Below are positions 1 to 10,644 of a stretch of 64,000 bases of DNA, piece after piece; positions within the stretch are counted from its first letter, which is position 1, and every line of letters starts with the position of its first letter. Where the stretch lies: NCBI GenBank assembly GCA_041690355.1, contig JAWLHK010000008.1, positions 133,374 through 197,373 on the forward strand, given 5' to 3'. The position numbers and the translations under genes are program-made. Below the pieces are notes generated by a model that did not search any database, was not told the origin of the DNA, and worked only from the letters and a program-made list of their open reading frames with translations. The DNA is from a bacterium. GTDB lineage: Bacteria; J088; JAWLBW01.

Positions 1-1
1 G

Positions 2-565
2 TCCCGGTTCTGCCCCGAGTTCCGCGGCGTTTGCGCGCGCCCAGCGGTAGGCGGCGAGGGAATCTTCGACGGCGGCCGGAAACGGGTGCTCGGGAGCCAG
101 CCGGTACTCCACCGAAAGCACGCGGATGCGCGCCTGCTTCGCGATCAGGCGGCAGGGCGCATCATGCGTCTCCACGTCGCCGATGACGAAGCCGCCGCCG
201 TGATAGTAGACCAGCAGGGGACCCTCTTCTGCGCCGGGCGGAACGTACAGGCGCGCCCGCTGGTTCCCCGCCGCCGCGGGATATTCCAGGTCGCGCACCT
301 CGGCCATCGCTTCGGGGATGCCCGAGCCCACGCGGGCTTCGCGGCGGTACTTGCGCCGTGCGGCCGGCGGCGGCAGCTCGTGGAGCTCCTTCTCGGGCAT
401 CCTGGCGCGGATGGCGAGGATCATCTGGAGCTGCGCATCCAGGGTCAACCCGTCGACCACGATCCGCTTCTTACCCGAAAGCAGAATCTGCAGCGGTTCG
501 GGCAAGCGCCCGAGGGCGCGTACGAGGGAATACTGAATCTGTTCCGGCAGCGGCAAGTGGGCCAT
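2..565 (-). CDS. Alpha/beta hydrolase, HSL-family esterase/lipase (runs off the window edge)
   Basis: Not in the ORF track. Manual translation from ATG 565 (RBS-like GGGAGA upstream) gives MAHLPLPEQ...LLVYYHGGGFVIGDVETHD...VLSVEYRLAPEHPFPAAVED, i.e. the HGGG and YRLAPEHPFP motifs. Confidence 0.9.
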   Translation of the reverse strand, partial: MAHLPLPEQIQYSLVRALGRLPEPLQILLSGKKRIVVDGLTLDAQLQMILAIRARMPEKELHELPPPAARRKYRREARVGSGIPEAMAEVRDLEYPAAAGNQRARLYVPPGAEEGPLLVYYHGGGFVIGDVETHDAPCRLIAKQARIRVLSVEYRLAPEHPFPAAVEDSLAAYRWARANAAELGAEPG

Positions 566-577
566 CGCTGTTCTCCC

Positions 578-1456
578 TTACACGAAGCGGACGTCGTCGC
601 CCGACTCCTGCAGGGTTTTCAGCTGGCTGCCGGCCTGCTTTGCGGTCGCTGACATGACGAGCCGCTGGTACACCGACGGGAGCAGGCGCACCATCCAGTC
701 GAGGAATTTGGCATCCGGTCCGATCAGCACGCGGCGGCGGTTCCTGCGCACGCCGGCGAGGATGACCTCCGCGGCTTTTTCCGGCGGGGTGATGAAGAGC
801 TTCTCGAAGTCGCGATTGAGCTTTTCCGCGCCCGGAATGCTCTGAATGTCCTTCGACAGGCGGGCGTCGCGCGCGATGTTCGTCTTGATGCCCCCCGGAT
901 GCACACTCGTGGCGCTCACCGGCGCGCCCGAGAGCTCGAGCTCCTGCCGCAATGCTTCCGTGAATCCGCGTACGGCGAACTTGGACGCATTGTAGGCGCT
1001 CTGCGTGGGGACCGCGAAAAGCCCGAAGACGCTCGACACGTTGATGACGTGTCCGTCGCCCGAGGCGTGCAGGTGCGGCAGAAATGCCTTCGTGCCGTAG
1101 ACGACCCCCCAGAAATTGATCCCCATGATCCACTCGAAGTCGTCGTAGGTGACCCCGGCGACCGTGCCGCCGAGGGCGACGCCGGCGTTGTTGAAGATCA
1201 GGTTGACGCGGCCATGGTCGGCGACGACCTGCTGCGCCCAGGCATACATGGCGGCGCGGTCGGCGACGTCGAGGCGCTGCGCGGTGACCTTCACGCCGAG
1301 GGCCCGCGCGTCGGCGGCGGTCTTCTGCACGCCCACTTCGTTGATGTCGCTCAGCGCGAGATCGCATTTCTGTTTTGCGAGAGTGAGCGCGAGGGCGCGG
1401 CCGATGCCCGATCCGGCTCCGGTGATGGCGGCGACTTTTCCGGCGAATGATTTCAC
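578..1456 (-). CDS. Short-chain dehydrogenase/reductase
   Basis: TGAGSGIG Rossmann motif, NNAG and catalytic YNASK. Confidence 0.92.
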   Translation of the reverse strand: MKSFAGKVAAITGAGSGIGRALALTLAKQKCDLALSDINEVGVQKTAADARALGVKVTAQRLDVADRAAMYAWAQQVVADHGRVNLIFNNAGVALGGTVAGVTYDDFEWIMGINFWGVVYGTKAFLPHLHASGDGHVINVSSVFGLFAVPTQSAYNASKFAVRGFTEALRQELELSGAPVSATSVHPGGIKTNIARDARLSKDIQSIPGAEKLNRDFEKLFITPPEKAAEVILAGVRRNRRRVLIGPDAKFLDWMVRLLPSVYQRLVMSATAKQAGSQLKTLQESGDDVRFV

Positions 1457-1486
1457 GGGGACTCCGATAAAAAGCAGGGATGGAAT

Positions 1487-3127
<1,641 letters not shown>

Positions 3128-3163
3128 GGGCTTCTCCGTGCAGGTGGTTCCCCGATGCGGAAA

Positions 3164-4675
3164 TCAGACCGCGACCGGTTTCCGGGCGGGCGTGGGTCTA
3201 CCGGCAGCGCGTGCGGCGGCCTCGTAATCGTGCAGGCTGAAACGAGCCGTTTCGCGGCGGAACTGCCAGGTGAAGCCCGGCCACAGGGTTACATTCTTAC
3301 CCGTTTTGGGGTCGATGTACCAGCTGGTGCAGCCGCCGGCGCTCCACACGGCCCGGTCGAGCTTTGTCTGCAGCCGTTCATTGAACGCCTGCTGAACGTC
3401 AGGTTGGACGTCGATCCACTGCAGCTGCTTTTCGTCCATGGCGTCGAGCGCCTTCATGACGTAAGCGATCTGGGACTCGATCATGTAGACCATGGAGCTG
3501 TGCCCCAGGCCGGTGTTCGGGCCGACGAGGATGAAGAGATTCGGAAACCCGTGCACCGTGGTCCCCTTGTAGGCCTCGGCCCCCTGCTCCCACGCGGCGG
3601 TGAGGTCCTGGCCGCCGCGGCCGAAGAAGACTCCCTCGGGAACCGGATTGGTGGCCTGGAAGCCGGTGCCGAAGATGATGGCGTCGACCTCGCGTGTCGT
3701 GCCGTCGGTGGTGACGACCCCCTTCGCCGTGATCTCGCGGATGCCGGTGGTGATGACGTCGACGTTCTTCTGCGCGAGCGCCGGATAGTAATCGTCGGAC
3801 ATGAGGATGCGCTTGCACCCCATCATGTAGTTCGGGGTCACCTTGCGGCGCAGCTCGGGATCCTTGATCTGCCGCTCGATGTGGCGGATGCCCATGGTTT
3901 TGGCGGCGTCCATCAGTTTCGGCTGGAGGGTGAAGGCCACGACGCGCGCTTCGAGCTGCGAGTAGATCGCCCCGCGGAAAAGTTTCTGCGCGAGGGGCGC
4001 CTTGCGGAAGAGGAAGCGCTCGGTCTCGAGGATCTTCCGGTCGGGCTTCGAGAGGATCCACGGCGGCGTGCGCTGATAGAGGTCGAGGCGGCCGACCTTC
4101 GGCTGAATCTGCGGAACGAACTGGATGGCGCTGGCCCCCGTGCCGATGACGGCGACCCGCTTGCCTTGGAGATCGTAGTCGTGGTCCCACTGCTGCGAGT
4201 GAAAGGTATGACCCTTGAACGTCTCGAGGCCGGGGATGTCGGGCCAGGCGGCGCGGCTGAGCCCCCCGATGCCCGAGACGAGCACGCGCGCGGTCAGCTT
4301 CTCCTTGCCGTTGACGGTAAGCTCCCACACCCCGGCGGCCTCATCGAAGGCCGCGCCGGTGACCTCGGCGCCGAAGCGGATGCGGGGGAGCAGGTCGTAC
4401 TTGCGCGCGCAGTGGCGCAGGTAGTCGAGGATCTCGCCCTGCGGCGCGAACATGCGCGTCCAGTCGGGGTTCGGCTCGAAGGAGAACGAATAGAGGTGCG
4501 ACTGCACGTCGCAGGCGCAGCCCGGATAGTTGTTGTCGCGCCAGGTGCCGCCGACGTCGTGCGCCTTCTCGAAGAGGACGAAGTCGTTGCGGCCGGCCTT
4601 CTGCAGCTGAATGGCCATCCCCAGGCCGGCAAATCCGGTTCCGACGATGGCGATATCGACGTGCTTCGCTTTCAT
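3164..4675 (-). CDS. Flavin-containing Baeyer-Villiger-type monooxygenase
   Basis: GTGFAG, GGTWRDNNYPGCACD, BVMO fingerprint FKGHTFHSQQWD and GTGASA. Start placed at ATG 4675 after GGGAGAG. Confidence 0.9.
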   Translation of the reverse strand: MKAKHVDIAIVGTGFAGLGMAIQLQKAGRNDFVLFEKAHDVGGTWRDNNYPGCACDVQSHLYSFSFEPNPDWTRMFAPQGEILDYLRHCARKYDLLPRIRFGAEVTGAAFDEAAGVWELTVNGKEKLTARVLVSGIGGLSRAAWPDIPGLETFKGHTFHSQQWDHDYDLQGKRVAVIGTGASAIQFVPQIQPKVGRLDLYQRTPPWILSKPDRKILETERFLFRKAPLAQKLFRGAIYSQLEARVVAFTLQPKLMDAAKTMGIRHIERQIKDPELRRKVTPNYMMGCKRILMSDDYYPALAQKNVDVITTGIREITAKGVVTTDGTTREVDAIIFGTGFQATNPVPEGVFFGRGGQDLTAAWEQGAEAYKGTTVHGFPNLFILVGPNTGLGHSSMVYMIESQIAYVMKALDAMDEKQLQWIDVQPDVQQAFNERLQTKLDRAVWSAGGCTSWYIDPKTGKNVTLWPGFTWQFRRETARFSLHDYEAAARAAGRPTPARKPVAV

Positions 4676-4702
4676 GGCGTTCTCCCTCTCCAAGGGCTCC
4701 GG

Positions 4703-4754
4703 TTGACATGCGGTCTTGTCAGAATGTGGTAATTCTGACATAGCGGCGTGTCAA
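4703..4754. promoter_or_regulatory. Tandem palindromic operators TGACA-N8-TGTCA (x2) upstream of the monooxygenase gene run
   Basis: TGACA 4704-4708/TGTCA 4717-4721 and TGACA 4736-4740/TGTCA 4749-4753. The inner arms also form TGTCAGAAT-N6-ATTCTGACA. Confidence 0.65.
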
Positions 4755-4762
4755 AGTCAACT

Positions 4763-4793
4763 CTGATTCCTGATTCCTGATGCCTGATTCCTG
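4763..4793. repeat. Heptamer tandem repeat (CTGATTC, ~4 units)
   Basis: ctgattcctgattcctgatgcctgattcctg read directly. Confidence 0.8.
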
Positions 4794-5055
4794 AGAAGCA
4801 AGAACCTTCGGGCCGAGCCAATCAACAAGAGTGCGGCAAGCCTTTCTGACGGGATTTTCGTCACTCGTCACTCCAGAAAAGCGCCAAGCACTGAGCGCCA
4901 AGCGCCAATCAGCAAGTACCTTTAAGTCCTGCTGCCTGCGTCGAATGGTTCACCTGCGAAGTGCCCCCTTCGGGGGAACGCAGCCAGCACCAGCCAACCG
5001 TGGAGGAGGGGGCGAACTCGTCACTCGTCAAATGTGGGCTGTCCCACCAGGCGAA

Positions 5056-5110
5056 TCCCTCGCTGTCGCGCTCCACTCTGCTGCGCGCCGTCAGCTCGGG
5101 ACGAACGGAA
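5056..5110. repeat. Dispersed REP-like repeat, copy 1 (copy 2 at ~25915-25969)
   Basis: tccctcgctgtcg...ccgtcagctcgggacgaacggaa is present at both sites. Confidence 0.7.
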
Positions 5111-5200
5111 GCCTGCTGCCGCTTTTGCACCCGAGCTTCCCAGGGTCTAGAATCTAGGTTTCCTTTCCGTACCGCCCGCCGAGGGCCCGCGAGGTTTCCG

Positions 5201-7747
5201 ATGATCCGTGTGCGCGCACTGTTTGCGGCCGTCGCCGTGCCCCTCCTGCTGCAGGGGTGCGCCGTCTGGCACCTGACCGGCTACGCCATCCGCCCCGACT
5301 ATCCGCGGGTGGAACCGGGTGACATTCCGGTCGACGGCTTGAGCGCGCCGGTGGCCGTGACCCTGCTTCCCGACGGACGGCCGCGCATCGAAGCCGCCAA
5401 CGAAATGGACCTCGCCCGTATCACCGGATACATGCAGGCGCGCGACCGCCTCTTCCAGATGGATCTGCTGCGCCATCTCGCCGACGGCCGTCTGGCCGAG
5501 CTGGTGGGCGACGTTCCGTTCGGCAGCGGAACCGCGCTTGATTCCGATCGCTTCTTCCGCTTCGCCGGCCTGCGGCGCGATGCGCAATTCATGTACGCCT
5601 CGGCAACCACCGAAGATCAGGCGCTGGCGCGCGCCTTCGCCGAGGGGGTCAACGCGTGGGTCAACACGGGGCACATCAGCCTCGAGCACCGGCTGCTCGG
5701 CGTGCCGGTCGTGCGTCAGTGGACCGCGGTGGATACCTTCTCGGTCTTCCGCTTCATCATGTTCGGCATGACGCACAACTGGTCACGCGAAATCCGCCGC
5801 CTGGTCATGGCCTGCGACGCGGGCATCGACGGCGCCGAGCGCATCTGGCCAAGCGTCATGGAGTTCGGGCCGACGTTCCTGCCGCCCGAGAGCCTCGATC
5901 CGGCCACCTATCCGGTGGCCCCCGCCATCGTGCCCGAGATGCGCGCGGCGCTCGCCGACCTGTGTCCGAAAGCGCCCGCCGTGCAGACCGCCTACGTCCC
6001 CGACTCCATCTCGCTGCCGCTGCTGCAGCTGCGCAACGGCATCAGCGCCAGCAACAACTGGGCGGTGGCCGGAAGCCGCTCGGCCAGCGGCAAGCCGATT
6101 CTCGAGAACGATCCGCACCTGCCGCACATGAATCCGCCCTTCGTCTGGGGGGTGCACCAGAAGCTTCCCGGACGCGAAATCGTCGGCTTCACGCTCCCCG
6201 GCGTGCCCCTCGTCACCTTCGGACAGAACCTGAAGGTTGCCTGGGCGGCCACGATCAACAGCGTCGACCTGCAGGACCTGTACGTCTACAAACCCGGTAC
6301 GCTCGCCGACGGAAGCGAAGGGTACGTCTACGAAGACGACGTGCGCCCGTTCGAGTACCGTGTCGAAGAGTTCCGCGTGAAGGGCGGCGATCCGGTGACT
6401 TCGACGGCGCGCTTCACGCACCACGGCCTGATCCTGAACGACGTCGATCCGTTCCTGCGCGACCGCATTCCGCTCACGGCCCTGCGCGGGGTGCAGTTGC
6501 AGCCGTTCCGCGACGCCGGGGCCATGCTCGCGGCTTCGCAGACCGCAACCGGTGAAGACTTCGCGCGCGCCATGCAGCCCATGGACACGGCCTGCATCAG
6601 CTGGCTCTACGCCGACGTCGCGGGCAACATCGGGTTCACGAGCCCTTGCCGCGTGCCGGTGCGCCCGCACCACTTCGGCACCTTCGCGGTTCCCGGCTGG
6701 CTCGCGAAATACGAGTGGGACGGCTTCGTTCCCAAAGAGCGCCTCCCGCGCGCCCACAACCCCGAGCGCGGCTGGCTCGCGACCGCGAACAACCAGGCGG
6801 TTCCCTTCGACCGTTTCTACACGGCCTACAACAATGACGCGAATCCGCCGAACCGGTACATGCGCCTTTCTGCGGAACTGGATGCGCGCGCGGACTGGAC
6901 GCCGGCCGACATGGCGAAGCTTGCGCTCGACGTGCGACTTGCCTGGTGGTCCCCATTGCGGGCGAGCCTCGACGGCGCCTGCGCGCGGGGAACCGCGGAG
7001 GGTGATCCGGCCGCGCGCCGGCTCGCGACGGAGATCTGCGGATGGGACGGCGACATGAGCGCCGACGCCACGGCCGCCACGCTCTTCGTGCACTGGACCC
7101 ACGCCGTGCTCGACCTCGCGCTCGCCGACGAGCTTCGCGAGGGGCCCGACGGTGCCGTCTGGCGGTACGTGCAGGAAATTCCCCACTTCGAGGCGAACGT
7201 CGACTGGATGTGGCAGCGCCCGGTTTCGGATGCCGTCTGGGATGACGCGCGCACCGAAGCGAAGGAATCGCGCGATGACATTCTCGTGCGCGCCTTTGCC
7301 CTCGCCGCAACCGAGGTGGCGAAGCGCTATGGCCCCGAAGCCGCCGATCTGCGCTGGGGCAGCGTGCGCCCGTTCTACCTCAAGCACCCCTTCGGCGGCC
7401 TGAACGCCATTCTCGCCGGGCTGCTGAACGGAAAATCGTATCGCGGCGTGGGCGCGCCCGAGACGGTCTTCAAGAACCAGTTTTCCCGATCGGATCGGGA
7501 GAGCATGCATCCCGGGGCGGGCCCCGCCATGCGCACGGTGGTCGACCTCGCCAACCCGGGCGCCGCGGAGTACGCGATCGCCGGCGGTGCGAGCGGCTGG
7601 GCGCGCAGCCCCTCCTACGACGAGGGCACCGAGGCCTGGCTCAACGGCGCCATGCGGCCCATGGTCCCCGAGGTCGACGGCCCCGCGCAGCTGCGGTTCA
7701 TTCCCCCGCCGCCGTCGGCGAGCGAAGGGGTTGCCGTCAAGAATTGA
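5201..7747 (+). CDS. Penicillin acylase / Ntn-hydrolase family protein, probable lipoprotein
   Basis: GYMQARDRLFQMDLLR and beta-chain start SNNWAVAGSRSASGKPILENDPHL. Signal peptide with lipobox-like LQGC from ATG 5201. Confidence 0.88.
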   Translation: MIRVRALFAAVAVPLLLQGCAVWHLTGYAIRPDYPRVEPGDIPVDGLSAPVAVTLLPDGRPRIEAANEMDLARITGYMQARDRLFQMDLLRHLADGRLAELVGDVPFGSGTALDSDRFFRFAGLRRDAQFMYASATTEDQALARAFAEGVNAWVNTGHISLEHRLLGVPVVRQWTAVDTFSVFRFIMFGMTHNWSREIRRLVMACDAGIDGAERIWPSVMEFGPTFLPPESLDPATYPVAPAIVPEMRAALADLCPKAPAVQTAYVPDSISLPLLQLRNGISASNNWAVAGSRSASGKPILENDPHLPHMNPPFVWGVHQKLPGREIVGFTLPGVPLVTFGQNLKVAWAATINSVDLQDLYVYKPGTLADGSEGYVYEDDVRPFEYRVEEFRVKGGDPVTSTARFTHHGLILNDVDPFLRDRIPLTALRGVQLQPFRDAGAMLAASQTATGEDFARAMQPMDTACISWLYADVAGNIGFTSPCRVPVRPHHFGTFAVPGWLAKYEWDGFVPKERLPRAHNPERGWLATANNQAVPFDRFYTAYNNDANPPNRYMRLSAELDARADWTPADMAKLALDVRLAWWSPLRASLDGACARGTAEGDPAARRLATEICGWDGDMSADATAATLFVHWTHAVLDLALADELREGPDGAVWRYVQEIPHFEANVDWMWQRPVSDAVWDDARTEAKESRDDILVRAFALAATEVAKRYGPEAADLRWGSVRPFYLKHPFGGLNAILAGLLNGKSYRGVGAPETVFKNQFSRSDRESMHPGAGPAMRTVVDLANPGAAEYAIAGGASGWARSPSYDEGTEAWLNGAMRPMVPEVDGPAQLRFIPPPPSASEGVAVKN

Positions 7748-7778
7748 AAACGTGAAAGCAAAGCCGCATGATTAACCT

Positions 7779-7985
7779 ATGGCTTTGAAACGCAATACGC
7801 GCCATAACAAGCGGAAACGCGAATCGCTCCATAATCCCCAGCCGGAGTTGACACCTCTATGCGAACTGGGATTCGACGCATGGGCCGGAAGCCTCCCGAC
7901 CGAAGATGCAGAGCCGCTACTGGATCCCCTTGGGGGGCAACCCGTACGCTGGATTCCGCACAAAGGTTGGGTTTACGGCCGCTAA
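7779..7985 (+). CDS. Small hypothetical protein (68 aa), possibly a remnant
   Basis: ATG-started ORF in a locally AT-richer patch with a protein-like C-terminus (FDAWAGSLPTEDAEPLLDP...VRWIPHKGW). No family recognised with confidence. Confidence 0.3.
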   Translation: MALKRNTRHNKRKRESLHNPQPELTPLCELGFDAWAGSLPTEDAEPLLDPLGGQPVRWIPHKGWVYGR

Positions 7986-8100
7986 CAACGCATGGTTCTC
8001 GGTGCCCGAACCGTTCCGCAATTGATTATCGCGTGGCCAGAGAGTACCCTCTAAGAGGGCGGCGGGGCGCACGCGCCGCCGACTCGACCGGGGAGAACGC

Positions 8101-8910
8101 ATGCGATCCGTTGTCCGAATCTTCCTCTTCGCGGCGGCCCTATACGCCGCCCTGAACCCCTCTTCTTCCGCAGCCGAGGAACTTCCCCGCTCGCGCTGGC
8201 CCGAGCTGCTGCAGCCCGCGCGCGTCGATGCATTGCTTACGGCCGCGCTGCAGCAATCGAAGCGCCGGCCCGACGATTTCGATGCGCACCTGCGTGTCGC
8301 CCAGGTCGGCTTCTACGCCTGGCGGCTGGAGAACAAGGACCTCAAGCGGCGCCTGCAGTTCGCGAACGTCGTCCTGCGCGCGGGCGAAGAGGCCGTGCGC
8401 CTCAAGCCCAATCACCCGGGCGGCCACCACTGGCTGGGCGCGGGGGTGGGCATGATCGGGCTGACGCAGGGGGTGCTCAATTCCCTGCAGCTGGTCCCGC
8501 GGCTCAAGGACGCCATGGAGAAGAGCGTCGAGCTCAACCCCGGATGGCTGCACGCGAGCGCCATGGCGCAGCTGGCGCGGCTCTACACGATGGTCCCCGG
8601 ATTTCCCGTCGCCATCGGCGACCTGGACAAGGCCGAGAAATACGCGCGGGAAGCCATCCGCCTCGAGCCCAACTACGCGCTGCAGCGGCTCTATCTTGCC
8701 GACCTGCTCTGGTACCGGGGGAAGAACGACGAAGCCCTCGCCGAGCTGGCCCGCCTCGAGAAGCTCAAGCCCGTTGACGAACTCACCTATTTCGCGCTGG
8801 AAACGAGCCGCGTCAAGGCACGTGAGCTGGCCGCGCTGATCCGCAAGGGCGAGACCCGGGCCCGTTTCTACGACGTGCTGAGCGACATTCAGCCGGGGCT
8901 CGTGCGCTGA
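8101..8910 (+). CDS. Secreted TPR protein, TatT/BstC-like
   Basis: Signal peptide and helical repeats with GVLNSL...LARLYTMVPGFPVAIGDLDKAEKY. GGGAGA RBS. Confidence 0.7.
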   Translation: MRSVVRIFLFAAALYAALNPSSSAAEELPRSRWPELLQPARVDALLTAALQQSKRRPDDFDAHLRVAQVGFYAWRLENKDLKRRLQFANVVLRAGEEAVRLKPNHPGGHHWLGAGVGMIGLTQGVLNSLQLVPRLKDAMEKSVELNPGWLHASAMAQLARLYTMVPGFPVAIGDLDKAEKYAREAIRLEPNYALQRLYLADLLWYRGKNDEALAELARLEKLKPVDELTYFALETSRVKARELAALIRKGETRARFYDVLSDIQPGLVR

Positions 8911-8954
8911 CCCGGAGAACATGGGACTCAAGATTTACCCAAGTCCAGAAAGCG

Positions 8955-8981
8955 AAAAGCCCCGGTGAAACTCACCGAGGC
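8955..8981 (-). terminator. Putative intrinsic terminator between convergent genes
   Basis: Hairpin gccccggtga-aac-tcaccgaggc followed by a short U-tract on the minus strand. Confidence 0.45.
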
Positions 8982-9081
8982 ATAGACGCCGACCGGGAAC
9001 TCCCAGTCCATTTGTAAGGCCAGTATAGTCGGAACCGATGCGTTTCGCAGGGCCTGGAAGTGATGCTGTGTGAGAGAGTGC

Positions 9082-9759
9082 TTAGCGCCGCTCCTGCACC
9101 CGCCGCGCGCGGAAAGCCTCGATGGCTTCGGCATGGCTTGCCGGGATGTCGGCCGTCGCGGCGACGTTCATCGCCAGATCGCGCATGAGGCCGTCGCGCA
9201 GGTCGTAGACCCAGCCGTGGACGGCAATCTCCTGCCCGCGCTCCCACGCCTGCTCGAGAATCGTCGTCTGGCAGACGTTGAGCACCTGCTCGACGACGTT
9301 CAGTTCGCAGAGCGCTTCCCACTGCGCCTGCTCGTCGACGTCCTTCAGTTCAGGCGCGTGCTTGTACATGACGTCCTGCACGTGGCGCAGCCAGTTGTCG
9401 ATGAGGCCGAACTTGCGGTTCTGCAGGGCGGCCTGCACGCCGCCGCAGCCGTAGTGGCCGCAGACGATGATGTGCTTGACCTTGAGCACTTCCACTGCGT
9501 ACTGCATGACCGACAGGCAGTTGAGGTCGCTGTGCACGACCACGTTCGCCACGTTGCGGTGCACGAAGACTTCGCCCGGCGCCAGCCCGGTAATCTGGTT
9601 CGCGGGCACCCGGCTGTCGGAGCAGCCGATCCAGAGATACTCGGGGTTCTGAATGCCGGCCAGCTTCGAGAAGTACGCGGGATCCTGCCGGAGCGACTGC
9701 TCGGCCCAGGCCCGGTTGTTTTCAAAAAGCTTCTGGATGGTTCCGTTGGATTTCGTCAC
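9082..9759 (-). CDS. can: Beta-class carbonic anhydrase
   Basis: WIGCSDSRVP, HRNVAN and HYGCGG zinc-ligand motifs. Confidence 0.95.
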   Translation of the reverse strand: MTKSNGTIQKLFENNRAWAEQSLRQDPAYFSKLAGIQNPEYLWIGCSDSRVPANQITGLAPGEVFVHRNVANVVVHSDLNCLSVMQYAVEVLKVKHIIVCGHYGCGGVQAALQNRKFGLIDNWLRHVQDVMYKHAPELKDVDEQAQWEALCELNVVEQVLNVCQTTILEQAWERGQEIAVHGWVYDLRDGLMRDLAMNVAATADIPASHAEAIEAFRARRVQERR

Positions 9760-9842
9760 GCTCAGAGTGTAGCGACACGGTACGGGAGCGTCAACGCGAT
9801 TCTGCGCCCAAATTCCGCCCCAAAAAGCGATCCTCTTGTTCT

Positions 9843-9864
9843 TGCAGCTACATGTGGCTACAAT
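9843..9864 (+). promoter_or_regulatory. Toxin-antitoxin operator overlapping the -10 box
   Basis: Imperfect palindrome tgcagctacatgtggctaca (16/20 symmetric) overlapping TACAAT at 9859-9864, 6 nt before the ATG. Confidence 0.55.
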
Positions 9865-9870
9865 GGAAGA

Positions 9871-10161
9871 ATGCGAGCTGTAGGTATCCGGGATCTCAAG
9901 AATCGCCTCAGCGAATACGTCCGTATCGCCAGTGCAGGGGAACGCGTTCTTGTCACGGATCGCGACCGCGTCGTCGCCGAGCTGGTTCCGCCCGAGTCCG
10001 GCCGCGCTGAAATGCTTGCCGACGCCGTGCTTGCCGAAGCGGTCCGTCAGGGCTGGCTCTCACCCCCGCTCATCGTCGGGACCCAGCCGCCGGAACGGCT
10101 TCCTGTCGCCGGGTTCAGCGAACTCATGCGAGAACTCGACGCCGATCGCGACGAGCGATGA
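9871..10161 (+). CDS. Phd/YefM-family antitoxin
   Basis: MRAVGIRDLKNRLSEYVRIASAGERVLVTDRDRVVAELVP. ATGA overlap with the downstream PIN gene. Confidence 0.88.
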   Translation: MRAVGIRDLKNRLSEYVRIASAGERVLVTDRDRVVAELVPPESGRAEMLADAVLAEAVRQGWLSPPLIVGTQPPERLPVAGFSELMRELDADRDER

Positions 10162-10544
10162 TCTATCTCGACACCTCGGTCGCTCTGGCTCATCTGCTCT
10201 CGGAAGATCGCGTTCCTCCCGCTGAACTGTGGCGCGAGCCTCTCGTTGCCAGCCGTCTCCTCGAATACGAACTGTGGAACCGGATTCATGCCCGCGCGCT
10301 CGGCGCGTCGCACGGCAACGCGGTGCGCGACCTCTTGCACCGGCTCGCCTTTCTGGAACTCACACAACCGGTACTTCGGCGAGCGCTCGAACCATTTCCC
10401 GTTCCGGTGAGAACGTTGGACGCTCTGCATCTTGCAAGCGCCTGTTATCTTACCGAGCAGGGGGCCAAGGTGCGTATCGCCACCTACGACGATCGAATGA
10501 AGGCCGCGGCTGCCCGCCTCAAGCTGCCGCTGTTCCCCCTGTAG
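10158..10544 (+). CDS. vapC: PIN-domain toxin
   Basis: IYLDTS, conserved E, RTLDALHLASA and TYDDRM acidic PIN motifs. Confidence 0.9.
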   Translation: MIYLDTSVALAHLLSEDRVPPAELWREPLVASRLLEYELWNRIHARALGASHGNAVRDLLHRLAFLELTQPVLRRALEPFPVPVRTLDALHLASACYLTEQGAKVRIATYDDRMKAAAARLKLPLFPL

Positions 10545-10644
10545 CATATTCCCCGGGGACGCTCCGGAGACGCCCCTGCCGATAGAGTGGAAAGCCGGAG
10601 CCCTGACTGGTTGAATGAATGCAACGAGGAACGGCAGGGGGTTT

